NCBI GenBank assembly: GCA_007375595.1
Contig: VMEP01000001.1
Coordinates: forward strand, 479,184-543,183
Direction of reading: 5' to 3'
Source: Parcubacteria group bacterium LiPW_30
GTDB lineage: Bacteria; Patescibacteriota; Minisyncoccia; Phycocordibacterales; VMEP01
Length of the DNA stretch: 64,000 nucleotides
In this document: one piece after another, positions 17,898-25,651 of the stretch
How positions within the stretch are numbered: position 1 is the first letter of the stretch
Layout of the letters: each line of letters opens with the position of its first letter
Translations under genes and position numbers: made by a program
Notes under the pieces: model-generated
What the model was told of the DNA's origin: nothing
Seen by the model: only the letters and a program-made list of their open reading frames with translations
Databases searched by the model: none

Positions 17898-18437
17898 ATG
17901 GATACGCTAGCGCATGGACTCTGGGGAGGACTTTCCGGGAGAGCTCTTTCTAATAAAACTCGCCGAGTGAGTGCTATTAAGGCGTTTCTTTGGGGTGTGT
18001 TTCCAGATTTATTTGCTTTTACCATTCCGATATTTTTCCTTTTATGGAATATATTTTTTGGTGATATGCCACTTTCTTATTGGCCGCCACCTTCGCCACA
18101 TGTCGAGCCGTCACAAGATTTACTCCCTTTTTCGTCGCTCGTAAACAACTTATACAACATAAGCCACAGCTTTTTTGTTTTTGGCGTAATATTTGGGTTT
18201 GTGTATGTATTTACAAAACGACTGCCACTTGAAATGTTTGGTTGGTTTTTACACATTCTTTTTGATATCCCGACACATAGTTATCAATTTTTTCCAACGC
18301 CGTTTCTTTGGCCATTTTCTGATTTTAAGGTAGATGGTATTTCGTGGGGCGTCTTGTGGTTTATGGTTTTAAATTATTCGGTTCTACTTCTTTTTTATGC
18401 GATAATTAGATTTCGAGAAAAAAATAAAAAAATATGA
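17898..18437 (+). CDS. Membrane protein, possibly a membrane-bound metal-dependent hydrolase (YdjM/DUF457-like)
   Basis: Multi-TM protein with His residues at helix starts (LAHG..., HILFDIPTHSY). Family assignment is tentative. Confidence 0.35.
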   Translation: MDTLAHGLWGGLSGRALSNKTRRVSAIKAFLWGVFPDLFAFTIPIFFLLWNIFFGDMPLSYWPPPSPHVEPSQDLLPFSSLVNNLYNISHSFFVFGVIFGFVYVFTKRLPLEMFGWFLHILFDIPTHSYQFFPTPFLWPFSDFKVDGISWGVLWFMVLNYSVLLLFYAIIRFREKNKKI

Positions 18438-18655
18438 AAGAATTTTTAATGAAAAAAATGCTTGAAAGGCAGCTAAAAGATATCCCTAAAGAAATGCAAG
18501 ATAAGATTGTTAAGGTTGCAAGCGAAAACCCAGAACTTATTTCTAAAATAATGGGAGAAGTAGAGGTTGAAGTGAAAAATGGAAAAGATTATATGTCGGC
18601 GGCGAAAGATGTCGCAGTAAAATACAAAGATCAGTTGTCTTCGCTAATTTCTTAA
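18434..18655 (+). CDS. Hypothetical small protein (73 aa)
   Basis: Overlaps the upstream stop by 4 nt, suggesting translational coupling. No motif. Confidence 0.4.
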   Translation: MKEFLMKKMLERQLKDIPKEMQDKIVKVASENPELISKIMGEVEVEVKNGKDYMSAAKDVAVKYKDQLSSLIS

Positions 18656-18658
18656 TAA

Positions 18659-19243
18659 ATGGACAATAAGAAAAAAATAACAATAATAATCGGACACCCA
18701 GATAAGAACACATATTGTGGTGAGCTTGCGCGGCGCTATGAAAAAGGGGCAAAAGAAGCTGGCCATGAAGTGCGATTGGTCGCTATTGGGGATTTAAAGT
18801 TTGATCCAATTTTGCACTATGGATATAAAGTAATTCAGCCACTTGAACCTGATTTAACAAAGGTGCAAGAAGATATTAAGTGGGCGGAACATTTGGTTGT
18901 TGTTTATCCAAATTGGTGGGGGACAATGCCGGCACTACTTAAGGGAATGTTCGACAGAATGATTTTGCCTGGTTTTGCTTTTCGTTTTCACAAGAATGGG
19001 TATATGTGGGATAAACTTTTATCTGACCGCAGTGCTCGTGTTTACATAACAATGGATTCACCTCCACTTATTGCTCGAATGATGTTTGGTGATAATGCTA
19101 ATGAAATCAAGAGAGACATTTTAGGTTTTGTTGGTTTTAGCCCTGTTTCGATAACAAAAATAGGCGCGATTAAAATGATGTCAGATGATGAGCGTGTTCA
19201 TTGGCTTGAAAAAGTAGAGAAGCACGGGAAGAAAGTCGCTTAA
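18659..19243 (+). CDS. Flavodoxin-like NAD(P)H-dependent oxidoreductase (NQO1/MdaB/KefF family)
   Basis: KITIIIGHPDKNTYCGEL N-terminus typical of the flavodoxin-like fold quinone reductases. Confidence 0.55.
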   Translation: MDNKKKITIIIGHPDKNTYCGELARRYEKGAKEAGHEVRLVAIGDLKFDPILHYGYKVIQPLEPDLTKVQEDIKWAEHLVVVYPNWWGTMPALLKGMFDRMILPGFAFRFHKNGYMWDKLLSDRSARVYITMDSPPLIARMMFGDNANEIKRDILGFVGFSPVSITKIGAIKMMSDDERVHWLEKVEKHGKKVA

Positions 19244-19252
19244 ACTTTAATT

Positions 19253-20353
19253 ATGAATCTATCTATAGGAATCGTAGGACTTCCAAACGTCGGCAAATCG
19301 ACGCTTTTTAATGCGCTCACTAAAAATTCGGTGCCGGCTGAGAATTATCCATTTTGTACGATTGACCCATCTGTTGGGGTTGTTTCTGTGCCAGACGAAC
19401 GAGTGGAGAAACTAACAACTTTATCTCATTCAGCAAAGACAATACCAGCAGTCGTTCAGTTTGTTGATATTGCGGGCCTTGTTAAGGGTGCGGCAGACGG
19501 TGAAGGCCTTGGAAATAAATTTCTTTCTCATATCAGAGAAACAAACGCAATAGCAGAAGTCGTTAGAATTTTTGAGGACGATAATGTCATTCATGTTGAT
19601 GGTGGAATAAATCCTCTTCGTGACATTGAAACAATAAATACAGAACTTGCTCTTGCTGATTTAGACACGGTTTCAAAGAGATTAATAAATATTGAACGCG
19701 ATGTTAAAAAGGGCGACAAAATCGCCATATTTGAAAAGGGTATTTTGGAAAAAGTAAAAATTGCTCTTTTAGAAGGTAAACTTGCTTCAGAAATACCACT
19801 TTCGGTAGAAGAGACCGCGGTTGTAAGAAGTATTCACTTGATTACTTCAAAACAGTTTCTTTATGTTTTAAACAAAAAGGCTGGAGGAAAAAATCTTGAC
19901 GAATCACCGGAGGATGAGCGTTTTGTTGCCCTGATGAAGTTTTTAAAAGATGGGAACAGAAGTTTTGTTATTGTTGACGCAAAAATTGAAGACGAACTTA
20001 AGTCGTTTGAAGGGGAAGAAAAAAATAACTTAAGAGAAGAGCTCGGTGCAAAAGATGATGGTATTAAAGATTTAATTCGTGCTGGGTATGAGATGCTTGG
20101 TTTAATTACGTATTTTACAACAGGGGAAGACGAGACGAGAGCTTGGACAGTTCCCAAAAATTCAACTGCGCCAGAAGCGGGTACTGCAATTCATAATGAT
20201 TTTAAAGATAAATTTATTCGTGCTGAAGTTGTTTATTGTGATGATTTACTGTCGTCTGGATCGTATACTGAAGCGCGCGCCAAGGGGCTAGTCCGTATAG
20301 AAGGAAAAGAATATATCGTCAAAGACGGAGATGTGATTGAGTTTAGGATTTAA
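19253..20353 (+). CDS. ychF: Ribosome-binding ATPase YchF
   Basis: GIVGLPNVGKSTLFNALT P-loop, a TGS C-terminus and the typical 366-aa length. Confidence 0.85.
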   Translation: MNLSIGIVGLPNVGKSTLFNALTKNSVPAENYPFCTIDPSVGVVSVPDERVEKLTTLSHSAKTIPAVVQFVDIAGLVKGAADGEGLGNKFLSHIRETNAIAEVVRIFEDDNVIHVDGGINPLRDIETINTELALADLDTVSKRLINIERDVKKGDKIAIFEKGILEKVKIALLEGKLASEIPLSVEETAVVRSIHLITSKQFLYVLNKKAGGKNLDESPEDERFVALMKFLKDGNRSFVIVDAKIEDELKSFEGEEKNNLREELGAKDDGIKDLIRAGYEMLGLITYFTTGEDETRAWTVPKNSTAPEAGTAIHNDFKDKFIRAEVVYCDDLLSSGSYTEARAKGLVRIEGKEYIVKDGDVIEFRI

Positions 20354-20426
20354 GTACTCTTTAGTTAATACCTGTTACCTCTAAATGATCTTTTTATAAC
20401 CCAAAGGTGTTAACTGGACGTGGCAC

Positions 20427-20454
20427 TTGACAAATAAAATAGACCTGCTATAGT
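20427..20454 (+). promoter_or_regulatory. sigma70-like promoter TTGACA-16 nt-TATAGT
   Basis: Near-consensus hexamers read directly from the sequence. Confidence 0.5.
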
Positions 20455-20460
20455 GGGCGA

Positions 20461-20727
20461 TAGTGATGAGGGAACCAGCCTTGGGTGCAAACCCGAGGTG
20501 GGACCGGAAAGTGGTGAACTCATAACGGGATGATTGCAAAAGTCCCTTCTGTTCTTTAAGCGCAGAATGCGCAACGTGGTCTTCTGTTTAGTCAGTCTGG
20601 TATCGTGAGCCGGTCAAAATAGCCACGACGCCTTCAATCTGGCACACGTTAGTACGGAAAAACTATTGGTCTTCGGATCACCAGGGCCCCCAGCACAACT
20701 TCGGTTGAGTGGGGCCCTTTTCATTTT
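20461..20727 (+). ncRNA. Candidate structured non-coding RNA of unknown class (about 270 nt)
   Basis: Promoter upstream, and a strong terminator at the 3' end (GGGCCCC...GGGGCCC plus TTTTCATTTT). About 52% GC, with no ORF of 60 aa or more in any frame. No conserved RNase P, tmRNA or SRP motifs seen. Confidence 0.4.
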
Positions 20728-20884
20728 CGGAAAATAAAACTGATACAATCTGATACACAACATATATTAAATTGGTTGCTATATAAAACCGTGTTTGCAA
20801 GCTTTCTGTAGATATTTAAGTTTAAACCATTTTAGAAAATGGCGGTGCGGTAAAGTCTGAGATTTAAATAAGAACAAACTAATA

Positions 20885-20925
20885 CCCCACCTATAATTAC
20901 GCTATAGCGTAATTATAGGTGGGGG
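20885..20925 (-). terminator. Perfect palindromic hairpin CCCACCTATAATTACGC-TATA-GCGTAATTATAGGTGGG downstream of the minus-strand gene
   Basis: 17-bp stem, with T-rich sequence after it on the minus strand. Confidence 0.55.
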
Positions 20926-20929
20926 TTCA

Positions 20930-21394
20930 CTACTTCTTTTTTAGTTCTTCGATTTCTCGAACAATAGTCATGAGCTGGTTTTCAATATTTGAAAGAAGTT
21001 TTTTATCTTCGCGGTCTTTCTTTTCTTCCTCTGTTTCGTCTTCTTGAATATCCTCAACATCCTCTTGAATGTCTTCAACGTCTTCCTGGATTTCTTCAAC
21101 GTCTTCCTGAATTTCCTCTATGTCCTCAGAGATTTCCTCAATGTCTTTCTCGACGGCATGCAATTGTGCGGTTGTGCGGTTTATCGTTAGCTGAATAAAG
21201 ATTGAAAGATAAATCGCCTCAAGAGAAACGATAGTTGTTAGGACGAGCATTATTTTATCAAATGACACATCAAGTAAGGCGAGGGTAAAAATACCAATAA
21301 AAAATAAGGTATGAATAACAAGCGAAGGAACTGAACCAATTCCGCCGGTAATTTTCATCGAATATTTTTCTAGTAATTCTTTAAACTTGTTCAT
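20930..21394 (-). CDS. Membrane protein with an acidic heptad tandem-repeat tail (EDVEEIQ x about 5)
   Basis: Two TM helices, then repeats of EDIEEIQEDVEEIQEDVEDIQEDVEDIQED and a coiled-coil C-terminus. Confidence 0.5.
   Translation of the reverse strand: MNKFKELLEKYSMKITGGIGSVPSLVIHTLFFIGIFTLALLDVSFDKIMLVLTTIVSLEAIYLSIFIQLTINRTTAQLHAVEKDIEEISEDIEEIQEDVEEIQEDVEDIQEDVEDIQEDETEEEKKDREDKKLLSNIENQLMTIVREIEELKKK
21040..21150. repeat. Coding 21-bp tandem repeat (about 5 units) inside the gene at 20930-21394
   Basis: Units of CTTCAACGTCTTCCTGGATTT, with variants, seen directly in the DNA. Confidence 0.5.
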
Positions 21395-21489
21395 TTCTGC
21401 GCATTATACTCACGAAAACAAAAAGCACAAAAAATGATGCTTTACAAGGGTCTTTTCGAACATTATGATGAGAACACGTAATTAAACTT

Positions 21490-24324
21490 ATGGAGCAGTA
21501 CGACCACCGAAAAATTGAAAAAAAATGGCAGAAGGTTTGGGAAGAAGAAAATACTTTTGCTACAGACGAAGATTTAAGTAAACCAAAATCTTATATTTTG
21601 GATATGTTTCCATATCCATCAGGAGAGGGTCTTCACACCGGACACGTTAAGGTCTACACGGCGAGTGATATTTACGCACGTTATAAACGAATGAATGGTT
21701 TTCGAGTTCTTCACCCAACAGGGTGGGATGCTTTCGGTTTACCAGCAGAGCGTTTCGCGATAAAACATAAAATTCATCCTCGTGTGGCGGTGGATAATAA
21801 TGTTGCTACTTTTAAACGGCAAATGAAGTCGGTTGGTTTTTCTTATGATTGGGAAAGAGAAATTGATACCACTGATCCAAAGTTTTACAAATGGACGCAG
21901 TGGATGTTTCTTAAAATGTATGAAAAAGGGTTAGCTTACGAGTCTTATCAGCCGATAGTTTGGTGTCCTACGTGTCAGACCGGATTGTCTAACGAGGATT
22001 TGGAGGGCAACGCCTGCGAAATATGTGGAACCGTAGCAGAAAAAAAACTAATGAGACAGTGGGTTATTAAAATTACTGAATATGCAGATAGGTTGGTTGA
22101 GGATTTGGATATTTTGAAAGATTGGCCGGAATCATTTAAAGAAGCGGAAAGAAATTGGATAGGAAAAAGCGAAGGCTCAGAAATAGATTTTAAGATAGAT
22201 GGAATGGATAAAAAATTTACAGTGTTTACGACGCGCGCAGATACCCTTTTTGGTGCGACATATACAGTTCTTTCGCCAGAACATAAATTAGTTGCTGAGT
22301 TAAAATCTAATATTACAAATTGGGATGAAGTTTTGCAGTATCAAAAAATAGCAGGTGAAAAAACGGAGATTGAACGAACATCTGAAGGAAAAGAAAAAAC
22401 GGGGGTGAAATTAGAGGGAATTTTTGCAATTAATCCAGCAAATCAAGACAAGCTTCCGGTTTTTATTGCAGATTATGTTTTAGTTCACTATGGTACTGGG
22501 GCAATTATGGCGGTTCCAGCGCACGATGATAGAGACTATGAATTTGCCAAAAAATTTAATTTACCGATTAAGGTGGTTATCGAGCCTGTTACAGGGGAAG
22601 TTAAGGAAAATGAAGAAAAAAGAAAAAGTATCGTTGCGATAGTTAGAGACCCAAAAAATGGGAAAATCCTATCTCTTAATTGGGGTGAAAAATTTGGTGG
22701 ACAGTTATTTATTGGTGGTGGAATTGAAGACGGAGAAAATGCGGAGAGCACGGCAATTAGGGAAATAAAAGAAGAGACAGGTTATAGCGAGATCCGTTTG
22801 GTTGGAACTTCGGAAACAATTCATCATCATTACTTCGCACATTCAAAAGGGGTGGCAAGGAATATTGATGCTATTGGTTTGCATTTTGAACTAATTGGAA
22901 ATAAACAAGAATTAACATCACAAGACGAATCCGAAAGAGGTAAGTTTAAGGTGGAGTGGATAACAGAAGAGGAGGCCGAGAAAAAAGTGAGTGACCCGCT
23001 ACATCAATATGTGTTTCAAAAATTTATAAAAAATAAAGTGTATACAGGAAATGGAATTCTTACTGAGTCACCTGATTTTAGTGGTTTATCTTCCGAAGAG
23101 GCAAAGATAAAAATAACCAAATTTGTTGGCGGAAAAATGAAAACCACATACAAGCTTCGTGATTGGGTTTTTTCTCGCCAGAGATATTGGGGGGAACCGA
23201 TTCCAATTATTCACTGTGAAAGCTGTGGAGTTGTACCCGTGCCAGAAAAGGATCTGCCGGTTGTTTTGCCGGATGTTAAGGCATATGAGCCAACAGGAAC
23301 GGGGGAATCACCACTTGCTGATATTCCTGAATGGGTAAATACAAAGTGTCCAAAATGTGGAGGTAATGCTAAGCGCGAGACAAATACAATGCCTCAGTGG
23401 GCAGGCTCATCTTGGTATTATTTAAGATTTATCGATCCTAAAAATGATAAGGCCTTAGTAGACGAGAAGAAAGAAAAAAATTGGTCTCCGGTTGATGTTT
23501 ATGTTGGTGGGGCGGAACATGCGACACGGCATCTTATTTATGCCCGCTTCTGGCATAAGTTTTTATATGATTTGGGGATAGTTTCAACCAAAGAGCCATT
23601 CATGCGCCTTGAAAGTGTCGGTCTTATTTTGGCTGGTGGTGGGGTAAAGATGTCTAAGCGTTTAGGCAATATAGTTAATCCCGATGAGATAGTTGAGTTA
23701 TATGGGGCCGACACACTTCGAATTTACGAAATGTTTATGGGACCTTTCGGTCAAGCTAGCGCATGGGACACAAAATCAATAATCGGCCCACGTAGATTTT
23801 TGGAAAGAGTTTGGAAACTACAAGAAAAAATTTCAAGTGATGAAAATTATACCGAAAGTGATAATACGATAATGGTTTTAAATCAGACTATAAAAAAGGT
23901 TGGAGAAGATGTTGAAGAATTTAAGTTTAATACCGCAATAAGCCAAATGATGATTTTAGTGAGCACGCTTGAGTCTGAGGAAAATATCTCTCATAAATCT
24001 TTTAATGAACTGTTGCTTCTTTTATCACCGTTTGCTCCACATTTCGCCGAAGAGTTGTGGGAGATAGTTGGTAACGAAAAATCAATGAATAAGGCTGTTT
24101 GGCCAATCTACGACGAATCTAAATTAACTGGAGGGAAGGTTGTAATTGCAGTGCAGATTAACGGAAAATTGAGAGAGACACTCGAGTTTTTAAGCAACGT
24201 TTCAGAGGATGAAATTAAGGAAGCGGTTATGAATTCTCCTCGTGTTAAATCGTGGATTTTGGATAAAAAAATTAAGAAAACAATATATATAAAAGGAAGA
24301 ATGTTTAGTATTGTTTTGGAGTAA
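21490..24324 (+). CDS. leuS: Leucyl-tRNA synthetase with an embedded Nudix-box domain
   Basis: HTGH and KMSKR class I motifs and CP1 motifs (TRADTLFGATY, GTGAIMAVPAHDDRDYEFA). A roughly 130-aa insert contains a perfect Nudix box, GGIEDGENAESTAIREIKEETGY. Confidence 0.9.
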   Translation: MEQYDHRKIEKKWQKVWEEENTFATDEDLSKPKSYILDMFPYPSGEGLHTGHVKVYTASDIYARYKRMNGFRVLHPTGWDAFGLPAERFAIKHKIHPRVAVDNNVATFKRQMKSVGFSYDWEREIDTTDPKFYKWTQWMFLKMYEKGLAYESYQPIVWCPTCQTGLSNEDLEGNACEICGTVAEKKLMRQWVIKITEYADRLVEDLDILKDWPESFKEAERNWIGKSEGSEIDFKIDGMDKKFTVFTTRADTLFGATYTVLSPEHKLVAELKSNITNWDEVLQYQKIAGEKTEIERTSEGKEKTGVKLEGIFAINPANQDKLPVFIADYVLVHYGTGAIMAVPAHDDRDYEFAKKFNLPIKVVIEPVTGEVKENEEKRKSIVAIVRDPKNGKILSLNWGEKFGGQLFIGGGIEDGENAESTAIREIKEETGYSEIRLVGTSETIHHHYFAHSKGVARNIDAIGLHFELIGNKQELTSQDESERGKFKVEWITEEEAEKKVSDPLHQYVFQKFIKNKVYTGNGILTESPDFSGLSSEEAKIKITKFVGGKMKTTYKLRDWVFSRQRYWGEPIPIIHCESCGVVPVPEKDLPVVLPDVKAYEPTGTGESPLADIPEWVNTKCPKCGGNAKRETNTMPQWAGSSWYYLRFIDPKNDKALVDEKKEKNWSPVDVYVGGAEHATRHLIYARFWHKFLYDLGIVSTKEPFMRLESVGLILAGGGVKMSKRLGNIVNPDEIVELYGADTLRIYEMFMGPFGQASAWDTKSIIGPRRFLERVWKLQEKISSDENYTESDNTIMVLNQTIKKVGEDVEEFKFNTAISQMMILVSTLESEENISHKSFNELLLLLSPFAPHFAEELWEIVGNEKSMNKAVWPIYDESKLTGGKVVIAVQINGKLRETLEFLSNVSEDEIKEAVMNSPRVKSWILDKKIKKTIYIKGRMFSIVLE

Positions 24325-24351
24325 TTCTTCTCTTTTTTGCATTATTACCTA

Positions 24352-24445
24352 CCCGCATACACCCCTAAAATACCTTGCGCAGATTGACGAATCGAGCAGA
24401 GCGAAAATTCAGCAGAATTTTACGTGTGTATTTTAGTGGTGTATG
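24352..24445. repeat. Intergenic hairpin element, copy B (module 1 plus an inner AAAATTC-AGCA-GAATTTT hairpin, closed by an 18-bp outer stem)
   Basis: The outer stem CATACACCCCTAAAATAC pairs with GTGTATTTTAGTGGTGTATG. The first 32 nt are identical to 38652-38683. Confidence 0.5.
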
Positions 24446-24534
24446 AAAAAACGAGTACTTGACCTTTACCTTAATAAATGATAGAAATTAGAACACATAA
24501 GCAGTTAGCCAGTCATTTCTAAGAAAAAAACAAA

Positions 24535-25563
24535 ATGTCACAAATCAATTTTAAGCCAAAACAGGTAGCTAAAAAACTTTTGACCGTTCTTCCAGAGCGT
24601 AATTTTGACGTCATCGTTAATCGCTTTGGTTTAGGGGAATCAAGCGAAGCCAAAACCCTTGATGCTATTGGGAAGAAATATGGTATTACCCGTGAACGCG
24701 TCAGACAAATTGAAAATTTTTCTATTCAGGCTATAAAAAAATCAGAAGTTTTTGCGAAAGAAAAAGAGGCTTTTGAGAACCTATTTTCTGCTATAGAGGC
24801 ATTAGGTGCCGTTGTTTCAGAGGATGAATTACTTAGTCACTTCTCGGAAGACAAGGCAACACAAAATCATATTAATTTCTTTTTAGTTTTAGGTGACGCT
24901 TTTGTTCGCTCAAAAGAAGATAATCATTTTAAACACCGATGGAGTATTGATTCAGATATGTCTGAAAAGGTTCACGCTTCATTAAAAAAACTTTACGAAG
25001 GATTAAGTGATGAGGAGATAGTTCCAGAAGGTGAATTGGTCACACGTTTCCTTTCTCACCTTAAAGATGTTTCAGAAAAATATCGTGATGAAGAGATTTT
25101 AAAGCGATGGTTAAAACTTTCTAAATTGATAGACCGTAATCCTTTTGGAGAATGGGGTCGTTCATCTTCTTCAAACATTAGAGCGCGCGGAATGAGAGAT
25201 TATGCATATTTAGTTTTACGTAGACACGGTTCTCCAATGCATTTCTCTGAAGTTGCAAAAGCAATTACTGCTTCTTTTAAAAAACCAGCGCACGTTGCTA
25301 CTTGTCACAACGAGCTTATAAAAGACAAACGCTTTGTTTTAGTTGGTCGTGGTTTATACGCACTATCTGAGTGGGGCTACAACAAAGGGGTTGTTCGCGA
25401 CGTTATAAAAGAGCTTTTAAAGAAAGAAGGCCCAATGAGTAAAGAAGATATATTGAAAAGAGTTATGAAGGAAAGATACGTTAAAGAAAATACAGTCTTG
25501 GTTAACCTTCAAAATACTAATAACTTTAAGAAAAATAAGAACGGTTTGTACACAGCTGTTTAA
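24535..25563 (+). CDS. Putative DNA-binding protein with an N-terminal sigma70 region-4-like HTH and a C-terminal HARE-HTH-like domain
   Basis: TLDAIGKKYGITRERVRQIE resembles sigma region 4.2. The C-terminal KRFVLVGRGLYALSEWGY resembles the RpoE-delta HARE-HTH. Confidence 0.4.
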   Translation: MSQINFKPKQVAKKLLTVLPERNFDVIVNRFGLGESSEAKTLDAIGKKYGITRERVRQIENFSIQAIKKSEVFAKEKEAFENLFSAIEALGAVVSEDELLSHFSEDKATQNHINFFLVLGDAFVRSKEDNHFKHRWSIDSDMSEKVHASLKKLYEGLSDEEIVPEGELVTRFLSHLKDVSEKYRDEEILKRWLKLSKLIDRNPFGEWGRSSSSNIRARGMRDYAYLVLRRHGSPMHFSEVAKAITASFKKPAHVATCHNELIKDKRFVLVGRGLYALSEWGYNKGVVRDVIKELLKKEGPMSKEDILKRVMKERYVKENTVLVNLQNTNNFKKNKNGLYTAV

Positions 25564-25651
25564 TCTAAAAAACTATAGTAAAAAGGCGGGTCGCTATATG
25601 ACCCGCCTTTTTAACTACCACTTAATTTAATTTCGCGATAAGATATAGAGA

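Noticed and set aside
20461-20727. Tested whether the orphan GC-rich transcript is RNase P RNA, tmRNA or SRP RNA
   Set aside because: No P4/CR-I/CR-V-like stretches (GGAAAGUCCGG / ACAGAACCCGGCUUA). No tRNA-like 3' end with a TTCGA T-loop and CCA. No tag-peptide reading frame ending ALAA. No SRP domain IV motif. Kept as an unclassified ncRNA candidate.
21040-21150. Tandem repeats checked as a possible CRISPR array
   Set aside because: The 21-bp units are contiguous, with no spacers, and lie in frame inside a protein-coding gene. There are no cas genes anywhere in the window.
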